From NCBI GenBank assembly GCA_030141605.1, contig JAQGDQ010000751.1, positions 37,931 through 101,930 of the forward strand: 64,000 nucleotides of DNA, in the 5' to 3' direction. This DNA is from Tubiluchus corallicola. Lineage: Eukaryota; Animalia; Priapulida. The position numbers and the translations under genes are program-made. Shown piece by piece: positions 24,715-37,345 of this stretch. The first letter of the stretch is position 1. Each line of letters starts with the position of its first letter. Below the pieces are notes generated by a model. That model was not told where the DNA came from and did no database searches. It saw only the letters and a list, made by a program, of their open reading frames with translations.

Positions 24715-26975
24715 CTTTTAGTTGTCTTTTCCAAGTTTAATGTCTTTATTTGTCTTTATCCTGTATTACATGCATTCGTTCACTAGATTTCTAATTTCTA
24801 GCAGTTCTTCCTTTTCATTGTTCTTTAACCTCTTCTGCATTGCATGTGTCTATGTAATTTTGTCGTTTCCACTCGGTATGCCTTAACAATCCTAATTTAG
24901 TGCTGCTCCTGCAATTTCTGCACATTCATTCCTTGTACAACATTCAATATTATTCTTTATTTCTTTCTTCCATTCAGACTTTTTCATGACCTTCACCCTT
25001 TCTTTATCATCTATGGTATATTTTTTGTACCTCAACTAGTTCATTATACCATGACCTTTCATGTGCACTGTATATTTGCATTTCGAGTACCTCTGACGCT
25101 AATCTCTTTGGTTTACTTATCAGTAAATTCTGATAGAACATCAATCTCCTATAATTTACTTTATGTTTTAGAGGCCATATGCCTATTCCAGTTACTAATT
25201 CCGCAGTATGGCATTGATTCACTAAGATTAAATAAGGTTTTTAAAGCATTTGCTTGAATCTTTTCTAATTTCTCCCAATCAGTTGTTGTAAAATTTGAAT
25301 ATGTCTCAGAACTATTTAGCACTGCACTCACTGAAAGAAGCTCGTACAGCATTAGTTTTACCCCTATTGAGCAATCTCCCACTTTCAGCTCACCTCCTAT
25401 TGTGTTGATATAATTAATTATCATTTTATTTTTCCCGGTTCATTTTCCCAACATTGTTTCATAACTACATTTTGTATTAATCCAATCTCCCAAATATTGG
25501 TATTCCTCTGCTTCCTTAACCTTTCCGTTCCTTAGAGACTCACATAGTTCTGGAAACCTTTTCTTTCGTGTCATGTTAGTTCTCATATATTGTGTTTTCT
25601 GTATATTGAATGATAATCTTTTGGTTCTTTCAATTTCTTGACAGTTTTTAACCATCTGTTTGACTATAGTTTCTTGTCCTATTCGTCAATATCGTCAATG
25701 AATAATAACATACCCACATGTATATTCCTGTCCATTACAGTCCCTGTTATCACCATCTCATTAATCCGGTTTATTGCAGCACAACATAGTAATGGTCCCA
25801 GCACTGTTCCCTGTCGGACTATTTCATTTATTTCTATCTGGTCTGTTTTACCCAGTGGTGTTTCTATAACTATTTCTGTAATTTCATTTAGTTTATATAT
25901 CATAAAAATTTCTCCTGGTGATATGCCCATCCTCCATAATTCTGTCAATGCATCTTTCAACCACAATTTATCAAAACACTTTTCTATGTCACAAAAAATT
26001 ATGTACACTTCATTTTTATAAAACCTGTTATACTCTAACATTGCCCTCAAGGTGTACAAATGGTCATAGACCCCTCTGTTTTTTATTCCGACACATTGAT
26101 GAACTCCCATGTTTTCTTCAAATTTAACTATTATTCTATTTTTGATCAGTTTTTCCATTAGTTTACTGAAAATATTTGTTATGAACAGCCCTTGTCTATT
26201 TTTCATCTCTTTCTTGTCCCCTTTTCCCTTATAAATTGACTTTATTTTCATTTGGGCCCATTGTTTCGGTATTTTCTTTTGTTTCATTATTTCATTCAGC
26301 ATTGCTAGTATGCCATCGATAAATCCTTTCCCTGCTTGTTTGATCATTTCATTCTTCCATCCTTGCACGTCTGGAGCATTTTTATTTTTTAATGATCGAA
26401 CAGCTTCATTCACTTCACTGTTAGTAATTACTTTTACTTCCTCCTCACTTGCCATTTGTTCAACATGTTAGAAAATTTGTTCAACCCTTGATTCTATCAT
26501 TTGCTTATATTCATCCTCTGTCAGAGTAGGAGTTAACAATTCTTCATAATAGTTTTTAAAAATCATCTTAATTTTTCCTGGGTCCTCTTGGATCTCACCT
26601 TGGTTATTTCTCACTGCTATAACTTCTTCTATTTTAGGTTTATCGATGCACTTTTTGAATTTCCAAAACAACTGCTGGTTAAGTTTTCCATTTACTGTAA
26701 TTGTGTTAACAGTTTTATTTATTCTATTTATTTGTTCCTTCCTTTGCACATTCCTCATCATGTTTTCTATTAGTTTAATTTTTATTTTAATCATTCTTTT
26801 TCTTTCAGAGTCTTCTTCATCGCTCATTTAATGTTTTAACTTACGTCTTACTTTATTTAACTTCCTTGACAGTTTACTTCCTTATTTTTGTTTCCTTTTT
26901 CCTTTTACTGAAAAGCACTTGTCTCTTACTGCTGCAACTTGATTAATCCAACCATCATATTTGCTCTGAATATAT
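24715..26975 (-). mobile_element. 5'-truncated, decayed non-LTR retrotransposon (RT ORF; clade uncertain)
   Basis: Collinear ORF fragments 26827-25007 with IYKGKG, DIEKCFDKLW, VRQGTVLGPLL, LLFIDDI, YQYLGD motifs. Confidence 0.9.
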
Positions 26976-27365
26976 GGTCTTCACGATAACACTATAACGC
27001 CATTCTCAAAGTATACAAAAACACTTTTTACACTTTGCCATTCTCAGCTAGTGCCCATTGCCCAATTGCCCATATCTTGAAATTTTTAGTTAGTTCAGTA
27101 GCTCAGACACGATAAATGTTTTATCATTAGTACTTGCTTGACTCATTGCTGCAACACGCGTAAGGGGCAATAAAAGGTTAGCCTATTGATAAAGCACAGT
27201 TAGCAGTAGCGAGCAGACCGGCTACATGATATTTGGGCACGGCCATTTATGCACGAGACATTTGGGCACGGGGACACTTGAGCATGAGACATTTGTGCAC
27301 CAACAAAATTATGGTGCTTATTTTTTATTTTTGTTTATTAATTTTTAATGATTCCCTATGTTCCA

Positions 27366-28807
27366 CCTTGGATGTTTACTTCGACATCCACACTAGGAAA
27401 ATCTTCACGAACTTCTCCCAGGATCACCTTGACAAGCTCATCTTTCATGATTCTCCTCACAGACTTCCCAGATTTCTGGTCCCATTCCTGCCATTGCTTC
27501 TTCATGCAAAGAGCCTCCAAATGTTCTTTCTTGTCACAGAAATGGCACTTGGCATCTTTGTGAGGACAGTCTGTCATTTTGTGGGCCTTTCCACAATGGT
27601 AGCAGTTTGTATCCGTGTCTGTTGAATTTGACTGCTGATAGTTCCTTCATTGACCCTTGTTCTAGTTTAGCTAGACGTTGTTGGCGGGCCTGGTCTTGGA
27701 ACCGTAGACTGTTTCCTTGGCAACCTTTGCCGAGTCTTCAGTCTCGACAGCGATTTGGTCAGCACGGGTGAAAGTCAGATCTTCGTCCTTGATCTTGAAA
27801 ATAGCTTTCAAGACAGCTTCGTTGTTGACAGAGCATATAAATCTCTGCCTCAGAGCTTCATCTTGTGGGTCTTGGATTGAAGAAAAGTCACAGGTAGCAG
27901 CATCTTGGTATATGTGAGCTCTAGCTCCTGAAGAGTTTTGCATGGCTTCCTTTGCATGTCACTCCAGAACTTGAAACGTTCTCGCACAATGAAGAGTTTC
28001 CGGTCAAACAGTTCCTTCATAAAGTCGATAATCTCGTCTATCGTCAGTTCATTGATATCCTTGATTGGAGACTGCTGCGTCGCCAGATTCGCCAGTTGTT
28101 TGTAGATGGCAGCAGTCTGATTTGTTGGGAAAACTTGAGCCTTGCGTTGGTCAGGCACAGCGTTGGCAGCCACGAAGGTACAAAATCTTGACCAGTAGTC
28201 AGGCCACAGTTCAGAAGTTGGATCAAAAGCAGCAAATGGTGGAATAGCAGCTGTAAGTGCTAATGCAGGTGGAAGACGGGTGCTCAAACTGGCATCATCT
28301 TCAGGAGTTTGAGCCTGAAGCAGCCTGCTCATAGCAGCCACATCTTCTTTGTGTTGCTGTGCCTGCCGATCCATCTGTTGGCAGAGTAGCTTGATAAGTT
28401 CGCCCACCTGCCCTGCCATCATTGCTAGGATAATTAACTGTCCACTGAGTCACCAAGGATCCTGTCAACTGCACCAATATTTCTTGTACTTTGTTTCTCT
28501 CGGACGGCTCATAGAGAAAACCAGAAAGTACGTCATCAAATTAAAATAGTTTATTATGCGAGAATTCTACAACACAAAAGTATGAAGGAACGTGAAATAT
28601 TTACAGTCAATGTGATAATCTCGAAACCACGAAAGCGAGAAAGTATATCTGAGAATATGAGAATAAACTCGAATGGCCAGCCCGCCTTACATATCAATGC
28701 AAGTGAACAATCTAGAAACTACTACACGCATCGCATATAGAAAGTTCCCGAATCTCCTACAAGGTATTGTTCTACTATACTATAGAATATTCCAGATCTC
28801 CACAACA
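27366..28807 (-). mobile_element. Ty3/Gypsy (Mag-like) element, 5' part: 5' LTR (28807-28482), PBS, gag
   Basis: LTR TGTTG...CAAGA homologous to 34409-34737; PBS TGGTGCAGTTGACAGGAT (28476-28459) resembling the complement of a tRNA-Ser 3' end; gag FDPTSELWPDYWSRF and two zinc knuckles. Confidence 0.9.
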
Positions 28808-29089
28808 GATTCAAAAAATTAAACACAAAGACAAACAAGCAAACATACAAATATGTACAATGTATTAGTATTATATGAACTAGCAAATGACTTACAAAAT
28901 CTTTGTTCATTAAATGGATTTATAATCAATAATGCACGAATCTTCCAAATAATGTTTATCTACTTTTTTCAGCAGATAGGTAATTTTGGCAGTGGTAATA
29001 GACCGAGAAATATATACGTACCAAGGCAATTTATGGGTGCATACACATTAGTAAGCAAATGTTATAGACAACATTACACCATTTTATGA

Positions 29090-29387
29090 GCGAGATTTTC
29101 TCAAACTGAACATGGAACTAACTCGCAGTTGTATGTCCTAGGGAGATAATAAAAAAGAAGTATTAAACACTTCCTCTGAGACATTCATGAAAGTTTTTTG
29201 TAAATGATGTTTGGTCAGGTTGTGCAAAAAAGGGGAAAATAAGATTCCCATTTTGGCACTCTATACCCCCTTTCTCAACAAACTTTCTTGGAAATCTGTT
29301 AGACAGTTTTTTTTTGTGTAATAGGCTTGCTGCCATCAAAACCAATCAAACAAAGAGTGTTGAAGCATAACTTTCTTGGCAGAGGTA
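29090..29387 (-). mobile_element. Helentron-associated (HINE-like) fragment
   Basis: Minus strand starts TTACCTCTGCCAAGAAAGTTATG...TTTGTTTG...ATTACACAAAAA, a typical head for this class. Confidence 0.5.
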
Positions 29388-29439
29388 AAAAAATTATACC
29401 CACTGTAAGCCTAACCCTAATCACATGACATATATTACA

Positions 29440-29625
29440 AAGTGTGCCATTTTCCTTTGCCATTTTTACTTGAGCCATTTTTACATCCATTTTTACATAC
29501 TTTTTTATTTGTGCCATTGTTTTCCTGTGCCACTTTTACTGTGTCATTTTTACCTTGCCATTTTTTCCTGTGCCATTTACCTTCTTTTCTATTTGTACCA
29601 TTTTTTCTTGTGCTATACCATTTTG
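29440..29625. repeat. GTGCCATTTT subrepeat array (arm of foldback-type DNA element)
   Basis: Multiple degenerate TGTGCCATTTTT units; related array at 34848-35100 and fragment at ~55015-55050. Confidence 0.7.
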
Positions 29626-29879
29626 AAGTATAGAAAAAGTATACATTTTAACACCAATAATACCAAAGTTAAATTAAATAATGTTTTAAAAACTTCATTA
29701 ATGGCGGGCGAACCCAACTAGTGATGACACACAACTGAAAATAATTTTCAACAAGACAAACGAACCATGAGCGTGTTGCATGCATGTGTTTGTAAAAGCA
29801 AAAATTCGAGAACATTGCTACTGTACAATGTTCATTATAACAAAAACTCGGGAAATTTCAGATTCAAATTTCAGCTTAG

Positions 29880-30159
29880 GCAGCACAACAATATATATCA
29901 AATGTTGTCACAATATTTTTGCAAATATGGAAATGTAGAGTTGGCGCAACGTTGTACCAATATTTTTTATCAATATGTGTAACCCATGTGTTTCCAATAT
30001 TGTATGATAATATTGGTCCAATGCTGTACCTGTATTGAATAAAAACGTCATATATTGTACCAACAAGATAACAATATTTTCTGAACATAGTTTTTGTCAT
30101 GATGCTGACTAGATCATGATCATGTGGTGACAATACTTCACCTGGGACGTTAGCTGGGA
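29880..30159. mobile_element. Fragment of CAATATT-subrepeat DNA element (CMC/CACTA-like end GCTGGG)
   Basis: Repeated CAATAT(T) units ending in TTAGCTGGG. Confidence 0.35.
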
Positions 30160-30764
30160 CGTTTATCGCTATGAGCATGAGCTCTCGAACGTGTGCACTA
30201 TGTCAAACCTGAACACCACTGAGCATAGAGTTGCAGTACCAGTTGCGTTTTTTTTTTGGTGCAATGTACGTGTTTCAGAGATGTGGCACTAGCGCCCATC
30301 TAACTAGCGAAAGGCAAAATGCATGCATTAACAGCGAAAAACTAGGCCGTAGGAGTGTGAAGTATCATGCATTTCACAAGCGGTACCCTGAAGAACATTA
30401 TTTTTGAAAGTGCTAATAATGTATTATGCATGTTTGCTCATTAATTGATCTGCTATCTTTCGAATAATAAGTAGTGTGCATAAACAAATTAACTTAAAAC
30501 ATGACCAAGTGCTAGATGTATGGTTACCCGTTAACGTTAGGTTATCGTCGGCTCATTTGAAATAAGCATTGCTAATAATGAACAACTAAATCTCACTGTT
30601 CTTGTTATTGACATGCTTTGTTCAGTTTAAAAACTTCACATACATTAATATTAAACGTGGAAAAAGTGCAGAAAAGCAGTTAACTGGTTATAGTTGTGTT
30701 ACGTGATATTATGACAGCGTTATATAACAATATAAAACATTATGATGGAACATGGGGATGTAAG

Positions 30765-33700
30765 CTGACGAATCTGGCGATGCAGCAGTCTCCAATCAAG
30801 GATATCAATGAACTGACGATAGACGAGATTATCGACTTTATGAAGGAACTGTTTGACCGGAAACTCTTCATTGTGCGAGAACGTTTCAAGTTCTGGAGTG
30901 ACATGCAAAACTCTTCAGGAGTTAGCAGCTCACATACACCAAGATGCTGCTACCTGTGACTTTTCTCCAGTCCAAGACCCACAAGATGAAGCTCTGAAGC
31001 AGAGATTTATATGCTCTGTCAACAACGAAGTTCTCTTGAAAGCTATTTTCAAGATCAAGGACGAAGATCTGACTTTTGCCCGTGCTGTCCAAATCGCTAT
31101 CGAGACTGAAGACTCGGCAAAGGTTGCCAAGGAAACAGTCTACGGTTCCAAGACCAGGCCCGTCAACAAGGTCAAGCTGAACTAGAACAAGGGTCAATGA
31201 AGGAACCACCAGCAGTCAAATTCCACAGACACGGATACAAACTGCTACCATTGTGGAAAGGCCCACAAAATGACAGACTGTCCCCACAAAGATGCCAAGT
31301 GCCATTTCTGTGACAAGAAAGGACATTTGGAGGCTGTTTGCATGAAGAAGCAATGACAGCAACGGCACCGGAACTTGACACTGCAACCACCGGAAATTCC
31401 GTTTCAGTGCCGGTCTGGAAATAACTAGGAAAGCCAAAGTCGTCCGGATGATGTCTGACATGATCCAGAGACTGGTAAACAAAGCTCAATTCCCTACATC
31501 ATCACCAAGATCCCTAACCTGAATCTGCAGGGACGAAAAGCTATCCAGATTCTGGGAACTTCTGTGGACAGTACTCTAGGACTGAGAAGCATAGAGAGTC
31601 AAGACAAGAGTGAGGGTGTAAAATAGTCACGTCCAAAGACGTCTGACACGTCTTATGCTTCCCTGCAACGAGGTTGCCACAACCTGTGTGACGAGTTCCC
31701 AGATCCCTTCAAAGAAGAATTGGGGTGTCTTAAGGACTTCGAGCTGGAAGTGAAGTTCAAGTCTGAAGTCTTTCACAAGGCACGACCAGTTCCATTCGCT
31801 CTTCGGGATGACCTGGCCAAAGGTTACAAAGAAGGAATCGCCAAAGGTGTCTGGAAGCCAGTCCAGTTCAACAAATTCATAAACCGATTCATAAAGCTTA
31901 CACTCTGGGCACTCAGAAACCCAAGTTACAGATCTTTAGTGACTACTCAGTCGGCATCATTGATCAGCCAGAGGATCACCGTCATCCGATGCCAGTCCCA
32001 GAGGAACTGACGCAGAAGCTGGGAGGCAGATACGGCTATACGAAGATCGACCTTGCTGATGCCTACAACGAGATTAAGCTGGCACCCGAGAGTCAACGCA
32101 AGGTAGGTCTCAGCACCCACCATGGGGCACTCCTGCATCAACAACTCCCTTTCGGAATCAAGTCAGTGCCTGGTTACTTTCAGTAGATCATGGAGAACCT
32201 GACCAGTGATCTGCCTGGAGTTGCCATCTTCCAAAACGATATGCTCGTCAGTGGGCAAGACGTCAATGACCACCTGAGCAACCTGAGACACTTGCTCACT
32301 CATCTGAATGACAAAGGACTCAGATGTCGTCGAAAAAAATGCTTGTTCGCACAACCAAGTGTGGAATATCTTGGACACACCCCATCGGCCGAAGAAATTG
32401 CAAAAGGATCCAAGGTCAAGGCAGTCATGAAGATGCCACCTCCTACAGACGTCTGAAGCTTGAAATCTTTCTTGGGCTCGGTTCAGTTGTATGGGAAGTT
32501 CATCCCAAACCTAGCTATTATGGCAGAGCCTCTTTACCGTTTGACCAAGAAGACAGTCCCCTGGAAGTGGGGAGATGAGGAGCAAACAGCATTTGAACTG
32601 TTGAAAAATGTGCTATCCTCAGATCAAGTCCTTGTGCATTTCGACCCAGGCAAGTCTCTGGGATTGGCTTGTGATGTGTCCAATGTTGGAATTGGAGCTG
32701 TCCTGTTTCATCGCTATCCGGACGGAAGAGAGCGCCCAATTGCCAATCTGTCCGAGACTCTCACGGCTGTAGAAATTAACTACGGCCAAATACATAAGGA
32801 AGCCCTAGCCATCGTTTTCGGCTTGCAGAAATTCTACCAGTACCTCTACGGGTGTCATTTCATGCTGGTGACTGATCATAAGCCACTGACATCACTCTTC
32901 GGACCAAAGAAAGGGATGCCACTTCTTGCAGCTAATCATCTAGCTCATTGGGCCCTGTGGCTGAACCAGTTTAACTACACCATCGAGTACCGGAAAACAG
33001 CAGATCATAGCAATGCAGGTGCCGTTAGTCGCTTGCCATCTGGAGACGACAACGACTTCGACAGGGAGGAAAATGGTGAAGACATGGACATGGTAAGTGC
33101 CATCAAAGTTCTCAGTCTTCAAGTCAAGCCTGTGGACACCAACATCCTCCAACAAGAGTCAGGGAACGATCCAGTGCTAGCTACAGTCATGCACTACGTC
33201 CGAGAAGGATGGCCGCCCCAGCATGCTGAGATCAACGAAGAAGTCGAAAAATTCCAAAGTTCCGGAAGTTGTCGGATTTGCTCAGTATCTGCCATGAATG
33301 CCTCATCCATGGATCAAGAGTTGTGATTCGACAGAGCCTGCAGTCCAAGGTCCTGGATCTACTGCATATCGGGCATTTTGGCATGGAACGCATGAAATAG
33401 TTGGCAAGAACTGCTGTCTACTGACCTGGTATCGATGCGGCTATCGAGATGGCTAGCCGACGATGTGACTCGTGCGGAGAACATCAAAACAAGCCATCCA
33501 AGTCTGCAGTTCGCCCATGGATGCTCCCAGAGAAACCATGGAGCCGCTTACACCTGTATCACGCCATTAACTTCATGGATACGAACTGCCTGGTGATCAC
33601 GGATGCTTACTCAAAGTATCATGCTTTCACCCTACATCTTCCACGTCCACTAGAACTATTCTAGATCTGCTGGAAGAACACTTCGCTCACTTCGGTTTAC

Positions 33701-34737
33701 CTCACACGCTGGTCGCAGACAATGCATCACCCTTTGTGTCTGATGAGTTCCAGAGCTGGTGCAGAGAACCACACATGTCACAGGAGCACCATACCATCCA
33801 GCTACCAAAGGAGCAGCAGAATGCCTGGTGCAGACATTCAAGCAAGCACTCATTAGGTCTTGGTGTCTCGGCATATACGGACAAGGATCGTCTCCTTGCT
33901 ACCCTCGCTAGTGCACACCACTCAGGGCAAGCAATCCAAGGAGTCATCTCGCTTGACTCCAGACTTGGGAGGTGTCGCCAAGGTCACAAAGCAGTACAAG
34001 GCTGGAGATCCTGTCTATGCACTGTACTATGGACCTCGCCGAGATGGACATCCCCGATGGGTACCAGTGCTCATCAAGAAGTTTCTGGGTACTCGCTGCT
34101 TCAACGTCATTGTCCAGTATGGAGGTGACACTGGGAACAGCTACATCCGTGCTACGCTTGTGTGGAGGACTGTGAACCTGGTGATGAGACGGACTTTACT
34201 TCTGAGTTTTTACCTGATCATCCAAGGGAGATCTTAGAAGAACTGCCAGAACTCTGAAGCAGACTGGAGCACCTCTGCCCATGTCTGAGACCAAGCCGCC
34301 TGTGCCAGAGTACGAACCGGACAACTCCAGACGATTCAAGTGAACACCCAAACCGAGAGAGACTCTGTTGCTGATGCTTTGGAGGTAGCATCAGTTTGGG
34401 TGTAGAGGTGTTGCAGAGATCTGGAATATTCTATAGTATAGTAGAACAATCTTCTTACCTTGTGGAAGATTCGAGAACTTTCTATACGCGATGCGCGTAG
34501 TAGTTTCTAGATTGTTCACTTGCACTGATATATAAGGCAGACCTGGCTTTCTCGTATTCTCAGACTCTCATATACACTTTCTCGCTTTCACGTTGCCAGA
34601 TTATCACACTGACTGCATATATTTCGCGTTCCTTCATACTTTTGTGTTGTAGAATTCTCGCAAAATAAACTAGTTTAATTTGACGACATGTTTTCTGCTT
34701 TTCTCTACGAGCCGTCTGAGAGAAACAAAACACAACA
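30765..34737 (+). mobile_element. Ty3/Gypsy (Mag-like) element, 3' part: gag half, protease, RT, RNase H, integrase, PPT, 3' LTR (34409-34737); decayed
   Basis: Zinc knuckles CYHCGKAHKMTDC and CHFCDKKGHLEAVC; protease ELDTA (31371); RT KIDLADAYNEI, LPFGIKS; RNase H LACDVSNVGIGAVL, TDHKPL; integrase HIGHFG/PWMLPEKPWSRLH; LTR TGTTG...CAACA; many stops and frameshifts. Confidence 0.95.
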
Positions 34738-34847
34738 GAATCAAAAGACGAATAAGCTTAGGATTGTTCAGCTTTGGCAGAGATTTGCTTCCTATTGAGT
34801 GCATTCTAGTTTTATTACAAAAATCTATTGCGTCAAAATAACATAAT

Positions 34848-35100
34848 GGTGTACCATTTTTTCCTACTTTTCCATTTGTGTCATTGTTTCCTTTGCCATT
34901 TTTACCTGTGCCATTTTTTTCCTGTGCCATTTCTGCCGTGTCATTTTTCCAGGGCCATTCATACCTGCGCCATTCTTTCCTGTACTTTTCCGTTTGTGCC
35001 ATTTCTGCCGTGTCATTTTTCCAGGGCCATGCATACCTGCGCCATTCTTTCCTGTACTTTTCCGTTTGTGCCATTTTTTCTGTGCCATTTTTGCCGCTCA
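34848..35100. repeat. GTGCCATTTT subrepeat array including a 63 bp tandem duplication
   Basis: TGTGCCATTTCTGCCGTGTCATTTTTCCAGGGCCAT...GTACTTTTCCGTT repeated twice; ends GCCATTTTTGCCGCTCAC. Confidence 0.8.
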
Positions 35101-35529
35101 CTATGTGAGTCATGTTACCTAGATGAAAGACAGCTATTCTGCTTCTCTTACCGTGTACTTCAGCAGTTCGTTCTCCACCAGTGGGCCATGCGCAACAGTC
35201 CAAGTGGGTCATGAATCAAGCCTCAAATAATCTAAGTGGAAAAACATATTTATGTATTAAAACAATCATTCCAATGAAGACTGGAGGTTACTAGAATTTC
35301 TGTTCCTCGTCCTTTATTTAATATTTGTAAAAATCCAGGGGACAACATAGTCGTGCATATTTGTCCAAAGCCAACTGCATGTTGTTCCATAGAGGGCCAC
35401 GACCTTTTCTTTCGGAAGCCAAGTGGACCAAAACGTTGGGAACCAGTGGACTAATGTAGTGTCAAGCTCCTCGTCACGTATCGTAATATATTTTACCTCT
35501 TCGAATCATTGGATTGTCCTAGTATACGT

Positions 35530-35823
35530 TGCAGCCTAGGGCCCCTCAAGCTTGGGCCATGAAAACTACGGTTGTGTTAAAACATGTGCTAATTTGGTTT
35601 GCAATAAATAGTAAAATAGTGGTATTTCTTAAAAAGTGTTTTTATTGAAAAGATAGCTTTAAAGAATTTGCAATAAGTTTACTTCAATCTACGTAAATGC
35701 CACTAAAATATGTCATGAGTAAAATATTCAAAATGGGTGGGGACGAGTTAGAAGGTGACTCCATCTGAAAGGCCCTATAAGTTCATTAGCCTAGGAGCCA
35801 TAAAAACTCATAATCTGGCCCTG
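35530..35823. mobile_element. hAT-like MITE fragment (same family as 13239-13600)
   Basis: Shared internal sequence; ends TAATCTGGCCCTG. Confidence 0.55.
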
Positions 35824-37079
35824 CATGTCTTCTTACCTTTAGCTCATCTCTTAATTTCTTATTTGCCAGTTCGAATTGGCAGAATAAGAAACACAATATA
35901 CTTTCTTTAACTCGTTCGCAACTTTTCAATTTACATAATTATTACAGTAATTATTTTTCTTATAAATATTGCTTCTAAGATTCAACACACATGTGTTTAC
36001 AGCTTGTTCAATTTCTGGCTTAACTTCACACTTACGACTGAAAACGCATATGTAAAATGCCTTGGCACTTTTAGGCATCATTTTACACTTATAATTATGC
36101 TAAAGTTACTTTACAGTTTTATAATCAGAATTCTATAACCTGATAACCTGCGACAGTGACGTAAAATTTGGTATCGTTTATTAACAAGAAAATGGACGCC
36201 CAGCAGACATGACCAATATAAAGGTATAATAATGATAGTACCAACTTTTGTGATGCACAGTGCACATTTCCTTCTTTTTCGTTTTCCCCACTTTTTTTCG
36301 TTTTTTCGTCTTTCAGTTCTGACCTCTTCCGCTTCCTCGTTTTGCTCTCCTTTCGTTTTCCGCATCTTTATGCCCTCATGTTTTCTCTACCTCTCTTTCT
36401 CTCTACTCTTCACCCCTCTGTCTCTCTTTCTCTTTCGCACTCTCTTTCTCTCCCCCCCCCCCACATACACATTCTGGTGTGAAAATTTAATAGTTTTTGT
36501 GAAAAAACTAGAAAGTTCAAATCTGCTGTCGCTATTTATGAATTCGACTTAATAAAAAAACTGGCTGCATTACCCGTCATAATTATACTGAAAACGATGT
36601 CCTTCTTTAAACTTGACTCTAAGTTCTAAAAAACATGTTTCCCAAACGTTTTAACCATACAGTAGTAGATACTATACGCTGCGTCTGATGATATCCTGTA
36701 AAAATTAATTTTAATAAATAATGCATGCTTGAATAGTAGTCAATGACATGAGCGTAATAATTACAATTATTTTTGACAGTTAGAGCTATCTAGTCGTCAC
36801 CAAAGGAAATATTGAATAGTAGATAGCCTTTCACAATGTGATTTACTTGTACTTAAAAGAGTGTATGTTTTTGTACGTACATTACTAATTTAACATGTTT
36901 GCTTGCTGTACACTGTAAAATAAATATTCTTGTTCTTATACTAGTTATCCAGACTGTTTTATTATTATAATTATTATTACGCATATACACGTATATTATA
37001 AATTTTATTGATTCCTGTACAAATTTTTATTGGACTTATTAGATGGCGCCACCAACTGCACCGTCAACGTTCAGTTACC

Positions 37080-37316
37080 GAGTTACCGCTTTGAAGATAG
37101 ATGTGCATGATTAGGGGACCGTGTAACGAAAATACGAATGCCATCAGCAGAGTAGTGGAATGACTAGTCCAAACTAAGTGAGTAGAGGACGGCAAGGTAG
37201 TTCAATTCAGGTATGTCGTACCGAAGAGTGACGTGATCGTAAAACGATATCGGCTTCGCGTGGATAATCATAATGCATAAAATAAAAAAGGAAAGACAAC
37301 GAAATTTTATTTTCAG
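37080..37316 (+). other. Putative non-coding first exon and 106 bp 5' UTR intron (37211-37316) of integrin alpha gene
   Basis: CAG|gtatgt donor and ttttattttcag acceptor 29 nt upstream of the ATG; exon start is approximate. Confidence 0.55.
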
Positions 37317-37345
37317 ATGTCAATCCAAATTATAGACCAACGATC

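Noticed and set aside
32460-33326. 288 aa ORF as a domesticated or active retroelement gene
   Set aside because: Flanked by stops and frameshifts, RT catalytic motif degenerate (FQND), integrase broken
34670-35214. Overlapping 128-180 aa ORFs with repeats
   Set aside because: Artefacts of the stop-poor GTGCCATTTT array and LTR sequence
36232-36552. Hydrophobic 106 aa ORF
   Set aside because: Translation of a CT-rich low-complexity tract with no family motifs
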